Positions 47,046 to 56,899 of a stretch of DNA of 64,000 bases are shown here, one piece after another. The position numbers and the translations under genes were made by a program. The notes under the pieces were generated by a model that ran no database searches, was not told where the DNA came from, and saw only the letters and a program-made list of their open reading frames with translations. The stretch is from Planctomycetota bacterium (lineage in GTDB: Bacteria > Planctomycetota > B15-G4 > SIAN01): assembly GCA_031409275.1 (NCBI GenBank), contig JANNXA010000022.1:160001-224000 (forward strand), written 5' to 3'. Each line of letters starts with the position of its first letter. The stretch's first letter is position 1.

Positions 47046-50000
47046 ATGGCTCGATCCGCGAGACGTTCCCGCGACGAATGGCGCCGCCTCTTCGCGATCG
47101 CAGCCCTTGGCGTCGGCGACCCCGATCGTGGCGCCCTCGCGCCGCCCGACTTCCAGCGCGAAGTGCTGCCGCTCCTCGCCGATCGCTGCTTCCGCTGCCA
47201 TGGACCCGACGAAGGCGCGCGCAAGCGCGGTCTGCGGCTCGACACGGCGGAGGGAGCTCGCGCGTTGCTGAAAAGCGGTCGTCGCGCCATCGTTCCAGGG
47301 GATCTGGCCGCAAGCGAAATGGTCCGCCGCATCACCAGCGAGGACGATCGCCGCGTGATGCCGCCCGCCGACTTCGCGCGACCGCTCGCCGAAGGGGAGC
47401 GCGACCTGTTGCTGCGCTGGATCGAAGGCGGTGCCGACTACGCCACGCACTGGGCCTTCGTGGCGCCGCATCGCGCGCCTCTGCCGGCCGTGCTCGACGC
47501 GGGGTGGTGTCGCGACCCGCTCGATCGATACGTGCTGGCGCGATTAGAAGCTGACGCGCTGGCCCCTGCGCCGGAAGCGGATCGCTCGACGTGGCTGCGC
47601 CGCGCGTCGCTTGCGCTCACCGGCTTGCCCCCCACCCTCGAAGAGCTGGCGGCGTTTCGCGCGTCGACCGCAGCGGATGCCTTCGAGCGCGAAACGGATC
47701 GACTGCTGGCGTCGTCGGCCTACGCCGAGCGGATGGCGGCGGACTGGCTCGATGTGGCCCGCTTCGCCGACACCTTCGGCTACCAGAGCGATTGGGACTG
47801 CAACACCTGGCCGTGGCGCGATTGGCTGATCGGCGCGTTCCAGCGCGACCTGCCCTTCGACGAGTTCATCGTCGAGCAGATCGCCGGGGATCTCCTCCCC
47901 GGCGCAACGCGCGACCAACGCCTCGCCACCGCGTTCAACCGTCTGCACCGTCAAACCAACGAAGGCGGTTCGATCGACGAGGAGTTCCGTCAGGAGCATC
48001 TGGCCGATCGCGTGTCGACCTATGCCACCGCCTTCCTCGGCCTGACGGTCGAGTGCGCTCGCTGCCACGACCACAAGTACGACCCGATCGGGCAGGCCGA
48101 CTTCTATCGGCTCGGCGCCTTCTTCGGCGCGATCGATGAAGCGGGTACCTATGCCTATTCGACCGGCGCGATCCCGCGGCCGGTGCTGCGCCTGCCGAAC
48201 GTCGAGCAGGAGGCGGAGCTCGCGCGGCGCGACGCGGTGGTCGCCGAAGCGACGGCGCTCTACGAGCAGGCGGTGGTCGCCGCGCGGAGCTCGAGTCGCG
48301 AGCGGATCGCGGCGCTGCCCGCGCTGCTGGTCGCACCGCCGGTGCGCCACGAGCCGCTCGATGGCGGCGCGCCCGGTCCGAGCGGCTCGGCGACGGCGCT
48401 GGCCGGCGACGACGGGCCGACCTTCGGCGACCTGCCGCCGTTTCGGCGCTGCGACCCGCTGAGCGTGCGACTCGCCGTCCTGTGCCCCGACGTGAAGGCG
48501 CGCGCGACGATCCTGCACACCAGTAGCTTCACGATCGAGAGCGATCAGCAGGGGTATCAGCTGCTGCTGGAAGAGGGGCACCTCGCCTGGCAGGTGCTCC
48601 ACCTGTGGCCCGGCTCCGCGGCGGCGATTCGCACGCTCGAACCCTTCCCGCTCGCCCGATTCGTCGACGTCGTCGCCACCTACGACGGCTCGTCGCGCGG
48701 CGGCGGTCTGCGCCTCTACTTCGACGGCGAGCCGGTCGCGACCGAGATCGTGCGCGACCATCTCGACGGCGCAGCGACCGTTCGCACGCTTCAGATCGGC
48801 CACCGCGATCGCGACGTCGGACTTGCGGGAGGCGTGGTCGACGAGTGGATGCTCTTCGATCGCGCGCTGACCGAGATCGAGGTCGCCGAGCTGCACGCGC
48901 CGGGCGCCTTCGCGGCGAGTCGGGAGGCGCTGCAGGCTGCCGAGATCTCGCCCGCGCGAGACGAACTTGCGGTCGCGCTCGACGCCAACGTCGCGAGTGC
49001 GTTCGCCTTGCTGCGGGCCGCGCGCGCGGCGCAGCAGGAGCTGCTCGAGTCGCTCCGCGAAGTGATGGTGATGGAGGCGAGCGACCATCCGCGACCGACC
49101 TTCGTCCTGACGCGTGGCGCGTACGACCAACCCGATCGCTCGCGGCCGCTGGCGCCCGATGCGGCGATTCCGGCGTTGCTCGCCTTCGATCCGACCTGGA
49201 CGCACGATCGGCTCGGCCTGGCGCGCTGGACGATCTCGCCGCAGAACCCGTTGCCGGCGCGGGTCGCCGTGAACCGCCTGTTCGCGCTCTGCTTCGGGCG
49301 CGGCCTCGTGGACACGCAGGAGAACTTCGGGACGCAGGGCGCGCGGCCAAGCCATCCCGAGCTGCTCGACACGTTGGCGGTCGACTTCGTCGAATCGGGT
49401 TGGCGGGTGAAGGCGATGCTCAAGCGCCTGGTGCTGTCGGCCACGTTTCGGCAATCGTCGGTGGCGACGGCGACGCAGCTCGACCGCGATCCGCTCAACC
49501 GGCAGCTCGGGCGCGGGCCCTCGATTCGCCTTTCCGCCGAGATGATGCGGGATCAGGCCCTGCTCGCCGCGGGGCTGCTCGTCGAGCGCCTCGGCGGTCC
49601 GAGCGTGAAGCCCTGGCAGCCGCCCGGTCTGTGGGAGGAGGCGGGCGCGACGGGCGCCTACCAGCCCGACGTCGGCGCGGACGCCCATCGCCGCGGCCTC
49701 TACACCTTCCGCAAGCGAACGGCTCCCCCGCCGAATCTGGTGCTGTTCGACGCGGGCAGCCGCGAGCAGTGCCTCGCTCGCCGCCAGCCAACGCAGACGC
49801 CGTTGCAGCAGCTGGTGGTGTGGAACGATCCGGTCTACTTCGAAGCGGCGCGCGCGTTGGCGCAGCGCGTCGCAAGCGAGGGCGTCGAGCTCGACGGCCA
49901 GCTCGTGCGAGCGTTCGAGCGACTCGCGTCGCGCGCGCCGACGGTGGCGGAGCTCGAGTCGCTGCGATCGCTCCATGAAAGTCAGCGGCGGGCGCTGCTG

Positions 50001-50129
50001 GCGGATCCGGCGGCGGCCGCGTTGCTGCTTCCCCCCGAACCGGGCAGCGCGGTCGACCCTGCCGTCGCCGCTCTGGTCCTCTGTTGCTCGACGCTGTTGG
50101 CAAGCGATGCCGTGATGAGGGTGCGATGA
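47046..50129 (+). CDS. Planctomycete cytochrome c + DUF1549 + LamG + DUF1553 protein
   Basis: CFRCHG (CxxCH), HWAF, CARCHDHKYDP, LamG-like VVATYDG..LYFDG, PSHPELLD, RLSAEMMRDQAL, TPLQ. Confidence 0.92.
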   Translation: MARSARRSRDEWRRLFAIAALGVGDPDRGALAPPDFQREVLPLLADRCFRCHGPDEGARKRGLRLDTAEGARALLKSGRRAIVPGDLAASEMVRRITSEDDRRVMPPADFARPLAEGERDLLLRWIEGGADYATHWAFVAPHRAPLPAVLDAGWCRDPLDRYVLARLEADALAPAPEADRSTWLRRASLALTGLPPTLEELAAFRASTAADAFERETDRLLASSAYAERMAADWLDVARFADTFGYQSDWDCNTWPWRDWLIGAFQRDLPFDEFIVEQIAGDLLPGATRDQRLATAFNRLHRQTNEGGSIDEEFRQEHLADRVSTYATAFLGLTVECARCHDHKYDPIGQADFYRLGAFFGAIDEAGTYAYSTGAIPRPVLRLPNVEQEAELARRDAVVAEATALYEQAVVAARSSSRERIAALPALLVAPPVRHEPLDGGAPGPSGSATALAGDDGPTFGDLPPFRRCDPLSVRLAVLCPDVKARATILHTSSFTIESDQQGYQLLLEEGHLAWQVLHLWPGSAAAIRTLEPFPLARFVDVVATYDGSSRGGGLRLYFDGEPVATEIVRDHLDGAATVRTLQIGHRDRDVGLAGGVVDEWMLFDRALTEIEVAELHAPGAFAASREALQAAEISPARDELAVALDANVASAFALLRAARAAQQELLESLREVMVMEASDHPRPTFVLTRGAYDQPDRSRPLAPDAAIPALLAFDPTWTHDRLGLARWTISPQNPLPARVAVNRLFALCFGRGLVDTQENFGTQGARPSHPELLDTLAVDFVESGWRVKAMLKRLVLSATFRQSSVATATQLDRDPLNRQLGRGPSIRLSAEMMRDQALLAAGLLVERLGGPSVKPWQPPGLWEEAGATGAYQPDVGADAHRRGLYTFRKRTAPPPNLVLFDAGSREQCLARRQPTQTPLQQLVVWNDPVYFEAARALAQRVASEGVELDGQLVRAFERLASRAPTVAELESLRSLHESQRRALLADPAAAALLLPPEPGSAVDPAVAALVLCCSTLLASDAVMRVR

Positions 50130-51532
50130 ACCGCCGCCATTTCCTCGCGAGCTCCGCGCTGGCACTCGGCCGCGTCGCGCTCGGCTCGATCGTTGGTGCA
50201 GGCAAAGCGACGGCCGGCACCGTGTCGTCGCAGCTCCCCCACTTCCGACCGCGGGCGAAGCGGGTGATCTACTTGTTCCAGTCGGGCGGTCCTTCGCACC
50301 TCGAGACCTTCGACTGGAAGCCGCGCCTGCGCGAATGGAACGGCCAGCCGCTGCCCGACTCGGTGCGCCGCGGCCAGCGCCTGACCGGGATGAGCGGCAA
50401 TCAATCGCAGCTGCCGCTCGCCGGCTCGTTCACCGACTTCCATCCGCACGGCCGATCGGGGTTGATGATCAGCGACCTCCTGCCGCACACGGCGGCGCTC
50501 GCCGACCAGCTTTGCGTGGTGCGCACCATGCACACCGAGGCGATCAACCACGATCCCGCGATCACCTTCTTCTGCACGGGCCATCAGCAGCCCGGCCGCG
50601 CGTCGATGGGTTCGTGGCTCTCGTATGGACTCGGCAGCCTGAACGAGGACCTGCCGGCGTTCATCGTGCTGGTATCGAAGGACGCACCGCGCGATCAACC
50701 GCTCTATTCACGCCTTTGGGGCAGCGGGTTCCTCAGCAGCGAGCACGGCGGAGTGCAATTCCGTGCCGGCGCGGAGCCAGTGCTCTACCTCGCCGACCCG
50801 CCGGGCGTCTCGTCGCAGGCGCGGCGCGCGATGCTCGACACGCTGCGCCAGCTTGACGGCGAACAGCAGGAGCGGACGCAGGATCCTGCCATCGCCGCGC
50901 AGATCGCGCAGGCCGAGATGGCGTTTCGCATGCAGACCAGCATTCCCGAAGCGACCGCGACTGCCGGCGAGCCCGACGAAGTCTTCGAGCTCTACGGCGA
51001 GGCGGCGCGAACGCCAGGAACCTACGCCGCCAACTGCTTGTTGGCGCGCCGACTCGTCGAGCGCGGCGTGCGCTTCGTGCAGCTCTTCCATCAGGGTTGG
51101 GATCAACATGGATCACTGCCCGGCGGGATCAGCCACCAATGCAAGACCACCGATCAGGCGTCCGCCGCGCTGGTCACCGACCTGGCGCGCCGCGGTCTGC
51201 TCGAAGACACGCTGGTGGTCTGGGGTGGCGAGTTCGGACGCACCGCCTACTGCCAGGGACGCATGAGCGGCGGCGATTACGGGCGCGACCACCACCCGCG
51301 TTGCTTCTCGATCTGGATGGCGGGCGGCGGCGTCAAGGGAGGTCATGCGCACGGCCAGACCGACGAACTCGGCTACAACGTCGAGTCGGATGGCGTCCAC
51401 GTCCACGACCTGCATGCGACGATGCTGCATCTGCTCGGCATCGACCACGAGCGCCTCACTCACCTGTTCCAGGGCCGCTACTTCCGCCTCACCGACGTCG
51501 CGGGTGAAGTCGTGCACGACCTGATCGCGTAG
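50126..51532 (+). CDS. DUF1501 family protein
   Basis: MNRRHFL; AKRVIYLFQSGGPSHLETFDWKP, GWDQH, WGGEFGRT, GRDHHP. Confidence 0.95.
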   Translation: MNRRHFLASSALALGRVALGSIVGAGKATAGTVSSQLPHFRPRAKRVIYLFQSGGPSHLETFDWKPRLREWNGQPLPDSVRRGQRLTGMSGNQSQLPLAGSFTDFHPHGRSGLMISDLLPHTAALADQLCVVRTMHTEAINHDPAITFFCTGHQQPGRASMGSWLSYGLGSLNEDLPAFIVLVSKDAPRDQPLYSRLWGSGFLSSEHGGVQFRAGAEPVLYLADPPGVSSQARRAMLDTLRQLDGEQQERTQDPAIAAQIAQAEMAFRMQTSIPEATATAGEPDEVFELYGEAARTPGTYAANCLLARRLVERGVRFVQLFHQGWDQHGSLPGGISHQCKTTDQASAALVTDLARRGLLEDTLVVWGGEFGRTAYCQGRMSGGDYGRDHHPRCFSIWMAGGGVKGGHAHGQTDELGYNVESDGVHVHDLHATMLHLLGIDHERLTHLFQGRYFRLTDVAGEVVHDLIA

Positions 51533-51539
51533 CCGCCGC

Positions 51540-51941
51540 TCAACCGCCCGCCCGCTTCACGGTGAAGCCGCGCGCGACGAGCTCCGCTTCCACGCGATCG
51601 CGCTGATCGCCCTGCAGTTCGATCACGCCGTCGCGCAGCGTCCCGCCGGTGCCGCAGCGCTGCTTCAGCGTCTTGGCCAACGCGGCAAGTTCGACGGCGT
51701 CGAGCGGCACTCCAGCGACGACGGTGACCGTCTTGCCGCCGCGCTGCTGCGTCTCGCGGCGAAGCACAACGATGCCATCCCCGCGCGTGGCCGCTGGCGG
51801 CGCCGCCGCGGCACGTCGTCCGGCGCAGCGGCAGCTCGCCACCGGTTGCGCGCAGCGGGGGCAGACGCGACCGAGGCCGCTGATGTAGACCACGCCGCCG
51901 GGGGGTCGGGCGCCACCGCCTCCCTTCGCGCCATTGCTCAT
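51540..51941 (-). CDS. yciH: Translation initiation factor SUI1 (YciH)
   Basis: CPRC...CRC, RGGKTVTVV, LKQRCGTGGT, IELQGDQRD, KRAGG. Confidence 0.9.
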   Translation of the reverse strand: MSNGAKGGGGARPPGGVVYISGLGRVCPRCAQPVASCRCAGRRAAAAPPAATRGDGIVVLRRETQQRGGKTVTVVAGVPLDAVELAALAKTLKQRCGTGGTLRDGVIELQGDQRDRVEAELVARGFTVKRAGG

Positions 51942-51949
51942 CGAAGGGC

Positions 51950-52660
51950 TCAGCGAAGCGCCGCGTAGACGCGATGCACGTCGTCGTTCTCGTCGAGCGC
52001 GTGCAGGAATGCCACGACCTCGGCGTGCGCCTCGGCGGCAAGTTCGACGTTCTCCTTCGCGACGAAGCCGAGTTCGGCGACGGTGACGGTCCAGCCCGCC
52101 TTCTGCAGGTTCTTGGTGACCACATCCACGTCGCCGCGGTCGGTGACGAAGTGACCGCCGCTCTGGCCGGCGGGCGTCTCCTCGAGCGGCTCGACGTTCT
52201 GCGCGCCGACCTCGATCGCGACCGATTCCAAGTCCTGGCCGCCGGTCGGGTGGCTCGCCTCGATCAGGCCGACGTGATGGAAGAGGAATCCCACCTTCGC
52301 CCCCATCTGTCCGTCGCGGAAGAGGACGCGGATCTCGGGGACGGTGCGATTGCGGTTGTCGGAGTAGCACTCCACGATGACCGGCACCTGGTGCGGCGCG
52401 TAGCCCTCGAACGTCAGCAGTTCGAGGTCGACCTTCTCGCCGGTGAGTCCCGCCCCCTTCTTGATCGCGCGCTGGATCGTGTCATTGGTGACCGAAGCCT
52501 TGCGCGCCGCCTCGACGGCCAGAGCGAGGCGGGAGTTGAGCGTCGGGTCGGGGTTGCCCGCCTTCGCCGCGACGGTGATCTCGCGGACGAGCTTGGTCGA
52601 GACCTTGCCGCGCTTCGCGGCGTTCACTTCGCGCTTCTTCAGCAACCACTGCCGTCCCAT
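51950..52660 (-). CDS. YebC/PmpR family protein
   Basis: KLVREITVAAK.G.PDP..N.RL, IQRAIKKG, EGYAP, DNRNRT, LDENDDVHRVY; RBS GGAGG. Confidence 0.92.
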   Translation of the reverse strand: MGRQWLLKKREVNAAKRGKVSTKLVREITVAAKAGNPDPTLNSRLALAVEAARKASVTNDTIQRAIKKGAGLTGEKVDLELLTFEGYAPHQVPVIVECYSDNRNRTVPEIRVLFRDGQMGAKVGFLFHHVGLIEASHPTGGQDLESVAIEVGAQNVEPLEETPAGQSGGHFVTDRGDVDVVTKNLQKAGWTVTVAELGFVAKENVELAAEAHAEVVAFLHALDENDDVHRVYAALR

Positions 52661-52730
52661 CGTGCTTCTCTGCCTCCGTTGGCCGACTTCGCGAAGGCGG
52701 GAGGATAAGCGTCGGCCTATTCTCTGCGCC

Positions 52731-53270
52731 ATGCCACCTCGCACCGAGTTCCTGCGCGCACTCCTGCGGCTGATCCTCCTGGCGGCGCTCGCCAGCGCGC
52801 CGATCTTCCTGTTCGCCGAGGGCTTCTCCGCGCAGAGCGCGCTGCGCGTCGCGGCCTCCAATGGCGTCGCGGCGCTGCTCTGCGCGGTGCTCTTGCGTCA
52901 GGTCGGCCGCGGCCACGAAACGGCGATCGCGCGTTGGCTGGTCGGCGGACTGCTCGCGCTCGTGGTCGGCCTCGCCAGCAGCAATGGCGAAGCGATCCAC
53001 GTGAACGTCGTCAATTTCGTGCTCGTGACGCTGCTGGCGAGCGTGCTGATCGGCACGCGCGGGCTGCTCCTGGTGGCGGCCATCAGCGCGGTCGCGATGG
53101 CGGCGATCGCGTGGCGGCAGGCGGTGGCGCCGCCGGGCGAAGAGATCGCCGAGGCGCGCCTCGAGGCGATCGCCCAGTTCCTGCCGACCTACGCGGTGAT
53201 CGTGGCGATCTTGTGGCGGCGCGAGCGCGCGGACACGGGGCTCACCAGACCGTCGGCGCGTAATCCTTGA
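52731..53270 (+). CDS. Hypothetical membrane protein (about 5 TM)
   Basis: Hydrophobic helices; -10-like TATTCT 7 nt upstream; 3' end overlaps the convergent SDR gene. Confidence 0.65.
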   Translation: MPPRTEFLRALLRLILLAALASAPIFLFAEGFSAQSALRVAASNGVAALLCAVLLRQVGRGHETAIARWLVGGLLALVVGLASSNGEAIHVNVVNFVLVTLLASVLIGTRGLLLVAAISAVAMAAIAWRQAVAPPGEEIAEARLEAIAQFLPTYAVIVAILWRRERADTGLTRPSARNP

Positions 53271-54768
53271 GGAAGAGCCCGCTCACGTGGCTGCCCGTCA
53301 GGAAGCCGCTGATGATCGGGTCGCACACGCGCGCGGCCCCGTCGACGATGTCGAGCGGCGGCTGGAAGCCCTCTTCTTCCTTGCGGCGCGCGATCTCGAC
53401 CGGGTCCTCGTCGGTCACCCAACCGGTATCGACGCTGTTCATGTGGATGCCCGACTTGCGGTAATCGACCGCGCACGTGCGGGTCATCATGTTGAGCGCC
53501 GCCTTCGCCATGTTCGTGTGCGGGTGCTTGTCGGTCTTCGTCCCGCGGCCGAACTGCCCTTCCATCGCGGAGACGTTGACGATGTGCTTGTCGGCGCTCG
53601 CGACGCGCTCCATCAGCGGCTTGAGTCGCGCGTTCAGCACGAAGGGCGCAATCGAGTTCACCAGCTGCACTTCGAGCAGCTCCGGCGTCGCCACCTCGTG
53701 CAGGCGCAAGCGCCAGCTGTTCACCTTGCGCAGATCGACCTGCTGGCGATCGACGTCGTAGGCGTGTTCCGGAAAGAGCGCGAGATCGGGCTTCTGATCG
53801 TCGGGGTGTAGCGCGATCTGCGACAGCTCGGCGGCCGCCGCGTGGTCGAACCTCAGCGCGGGCGCGTGGTCGCCCGGCTTCGTCGGGGCGACTCCACCGA
53901 GCAGCGCGCGCGGCGCTTCCGCCAGCGCCTCCGCCGCGCCGCGTTCGAGCGCCAGCAGGTGCGCGTACCAGGCCGGCGGGCGACGCACCGTCTGGCAGGC
54001 GTTGTTGACGATGAAGTCGAGGCGATCGAGCGATTCGAGAAGGTGGTGGCAGAGCCGCTCGACGCTGGGCGTGTGGCGCAAGTCGAGCCCGAAGATGCGC
54101 AGCCGATCGCGGAACGAGTCGAATTCGGGAAGTTGCGCGTAGCGCGTCGCCGCGTCGGCGGCGAAGCGGGTCGTGACGATCACGCGCGCACCGCAGCGCA
54201 GCAGCTTGAGCACGATCTGCTGACCGATCTTGACGCGGCCGCCGGTCACCAGGGCGACGCGGCCGGTGAGGTCGCAGAGCTCACCGCGCTTGGCGTGGTT
54301 CAGGTCGCCGCAGGCGCCGCACATCGAGTCGTAGAAGAAGTGGATCTGCGTGTAGGGCGTCTTGCAGATGTAGCAGAAGCGCGGCGTCTCGAGCCGCGCG
54401 CCCGAAGGTGGCGGGTCGTTGCGAGGCGTTGGCGCGCTGCCGACGCGCGCCGGCAATGCATGCCGGGGCAGCGCTGCGTGGCCCTCCTTGTCGGCGAGGC
54501 GCGATTGACGGAGCGCCGCTTGATCGAGCGCGGCGCGATCGCGTTGACGCCGCTCCCAATGGTCCTGCTTGCGCAGCGCGCGCCGATGGCGGCGGCGCTC
54601 CACCTCGCTCGGGTCGGCGAGCCGCCCGCAAGCCGCGAGCAACTGCTTTCGCAGCTCGAGCGGCACTGCCGTGAGGCTGGTGCGGTCGCTGCCGAGGCGC
54701 TCGAGCTGCGCGATCAGGGCGACCCAATCGGGATCGGGGGCGGCAGTCGGTGTCGGATCGGCGCTCAT
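53242..54768 (-). CDS. SDR family oxidoreductase with an N-terminal Cys4 motif
   Basis: CYIC..CGAC; ALVTGGRVKIG, VNNA, IVNVS, HTNMAKAALNM, DTGWV. Confidence 0.88.
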   Translation of the reverse strand: MSADPTPTAAPDPDWVALIAQLERLGSDRTSLTAVPLELRKQLLAACGRLADPSEVERRRHRRALRKQDHWERRQRDRAALDQAALRQSRLADKEGHAALPRHALPARVGSAPTPRNDPPPSGARLETPRFCYICKTPYTQIHFFYDSMCGACGDLNHAKRGELCDLTGRVALVTGGRVKIGQQIVLKLLRCGARVIVTTRFAADAATRYAQLPEFDSFRDRLRIFGLDLRHTPSVERLCHHLLESLDRLDFIVNNACQTVRRPPAWYAHLLALERGAAEALAEAPRALLGGVAPTKPGDHAPALRFDHAAAAELSQIALHPDDQKPDLALFPEHAYDVDRQQVDLRKVNSWRLRLHEVATPELLEVQLVNSIAPFVLNARLKPLMERVASADKHIVNVSAMEGQFGRGTKTDKHPHTNMAKAALNMMTRTCAVDYRKSGIHMNSVDTGWVTDEDPVEIARRKEEEGFQPPLDIVDGAARVCDPIISGFLTGSHVSGLFLKDYAPTVW

Positions 54769-54828
54769 GAAGGGGCAAGAGGTTAGCGCCGCGGACCGTC
54801 GCCTGCGGCGCAGCGCTATCGTCGCGGC

Positions 54829-55296
54829 ATGTTTGATCCCCAGCACGCCCTGCTCAGCAAGCTGCTTGCGGCCGTCGCCGCCAGGCTCGACGTCGACCCG
54901 GCCGACCCGACGGCGTGGAGCGAGGCCGCCGCCGCGCTCGAACCGACGCGCGCCGCCGAACCGGACGTCGCCCGCGTCGTCGATGCAAAGGATCAGGCCG
55001 GTTTGAAGACGCTGCTCGCGGAGTGGCTGGCGGGGACGCGCCTGCTCCCCGAGCAGGATCGCGGCGTCCTCCACAGCGCGCTCAAGGCGTTCAAGAAGAG
55101 CCTCAAGCTGATGCGCCTCGACGACGAGTCGCGCATCGGCGGCGGCGCGATGAGCAGCGGCCACAAGTCAGGCATCGTCGGCATCCGGCCTCCCGATCGC
55201 TTCGGTCGCGAAGTGTGGGACGAGCTGGTGCGCACCGGCCGCTTGAAGGGTGGACGCGGTGGCGTCTACGAGATGCCGCCGACTCCGATGCCGTAA
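54829..55296 (+). CDS. Hypothetical protein
   Basis: Coding-like composition (KAFKKSLKLMRLDDES, WDELVRTGRL); -10-like TATCGT 6 nt upstream. Confidence 0.75.
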   Translation: MFDPQHALLSKLLAAVAARLDVDPADPTAWSEAAAALEPTRAAEPDVARVVDAKDQAGLKTLLAEWLAGTRLLPEQDRGVLHSALKAFKKSLKLMRLDDESRIGGGAMSSGHKSGIVGIRPPDRFGREVWDELVRTGRLKGGRGGVYEMPPTPMP

Positions 55297-55317
55297 CCGG
55301 CGGTCGCGGCCTCCACG

Positions 55318-56781
55318 GTGGAAAGGAGTCCGAAGTTGCGAATGGTGTCGCTCCTCGCCGTTCTGGCGGCTGCTGCGTTGCCAGGCCGCGTGCGACCGTC
55401 CGGGCTGCTGCAGGACGCCGCCACAGCAGCGTCCGTCGTGGGGATCGAGTGTCGTGGCGCCGTCGATGGCGTGCTCGTCGAAGGAGAGCCGCCGTCGCTG
55501 CTCGTGCATGGCGTCGCGCCGCACGAGCGGATCAAGGTGCACGCGCTGCGTTGCCTCGAGCGCTGGGAGTCGATCGCCGGGGAATGGCGCTCGCGGGCGG
55601 TCACGCTGCACAGTTTCGCTTCCTTCGATGCGGACGCTGCCGGGGCCGTCGAAGTCGATTCCAGCGCGCCGATCGCCGGAACCTGGCGTGTCGCCGATCC
55701 GCTCGGCCTCTTCTGGTCGGGACGGCCAGTCGGCGCGGACGCACCGTTGCCGACGGAACTCGTCGCCCGTCGAGCGCCCGACGCTGGCGCGGTCGAGTTC
55801 GCGCTCGAACGCAGCGGCAAGTTCGTCGCCCGATCGCGTGTCAAGCTCGTCGCCGGCGGCGGCGAGCTCGACTGCTGCGACGTGCGGGAAGGCGCGCTGG
55901 CCGGAGCCTACGCCCATCCGCCGGGCGACGGCCCCTTCCCCGTGATCATCGTCCTGCACGGCAGCGAAGGCTCGAGTCGTGACGCGGCGCGCGCGTCGGC
56001 GCTGCGCTTCGCGGCCCGCGGTTTCGCCACCTTCGCGCTCAGTTACTTCGCGCGTCCGTGGCTCGCGATCGAGGGGGTCGCGACTGATGCGGTGAACGTC
56101 CCGATCGAATGCATCGAGCAGGCGCGCGATTGGCTCGAAGCGAACTCCTCAGTCGCCGACGTCGATCGCATCGGGCTCTATGGAGTCAGCAAGGGGGCCG
56201 AACTCACCCTGGTCGCGCTCAGCGAGTTCGACTGGCTGCGCGCCGGTGTGGCGTGCGTTCCATCCGACGTCGTCTTCGAGGGCTACGGCCGCGCGCCGCA
56301 CGACGGTGAGCTGTGCTCCTCCTGGACGGTGGCGGGGCGATCGCTGCCCTACGTCTCCTACCTGCCCTTCGACGCCTACCTGGCCGCGCATCCTGGGAAC
56401 AACGCGGCGAACTGGCACGCCGCGTCGCGCGAGGCGGCCGGTGCGGCGCGCGCGGCGGACGCGCGCATTCCGGTCGAGCGCATCGCGGTGCCGCTGCTCC
56501 TGCTGGCCGGCGGCAAGGACGAGGTCTGGCCGTCCGCCGCGATGGCGCGATCGGTCGCGGCGCAGATGGAAGCGGCCGGCTCCGGCGACCGCGTGGTGCT
56601 CCGTGTCTTCGAGCAGGCCAACCATCAGATCGCAGGCACGGGCGCCGAGCCGGTCTTCCTGCACTCCACGGCGCCGCGCGGGGAGCACGACGCCGATCCG
56701 CTCGACGTCGGCGTCGCCACCGCGGCCGCCTGGCGCGCAACGATCGCGTTCCTGCGAGAAGAGCTCGGCGCCGAGCGGTGA
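55318..56781 (+). CDS. Acyl-CoA thioester hydrolase/BAAT-like alpha/beta hydrolase
   Basis: LHGSEG, GVSKGAE (nucleophile elbow), IPVERI, GGKDEVWPS, ANH; start uncertain. Confidence 0.85.
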   Translation: MERSPKLRMVSLLAVLAAAALPGRVRPSGLLQDAATAASVVGIECRGAVDGVLVEGEPPSLLVHGVAPHERIKVHALRCLERWESIAGEWRSRAVTLHSFASFDADAAGAVEVDSSAPIAGTWRVADPLGLFWSGRPVGADAPLPTELVARRAPDAGAVEFALERSGKFVARSRVKLVAGGGELDCCDVREGALAGAYAHPPGDGPFPVIIVLHGSEGSSRDAARASALRFAARGFATFALSYFARPWLAIEGVATDAVNVPIECIEQARDWLEANSSVADVDRIGLYGVSKGAELTLVALSEFDWLRAGVACVPSDVVFEGYGRAPHDGELCSSWTVAGRSLPYVSYLPFDAYLAAHPGNNAANWHAASREAAGAARAADARIPVERIAVPLLLLAGGKDEVWPSAAMARSVAAQMEAAGSGDRVVLRVFEQANHQIAGTGAEPVFLHSTAPRGEHDADPLDVGVATAAAWRATIAFLREELGAER

Positions 56782-56899
56782 GCGGCTCCTCGCGGCGCCG
56801 CTCGGCCGACGCGACGGATCTGGGCGTCCACTCACTACTCTGGTCGCCGTTCAAGAACTTCAAAGGGCCGCGGCTCGCGGCTCTCAGTCAGGAGATCCC

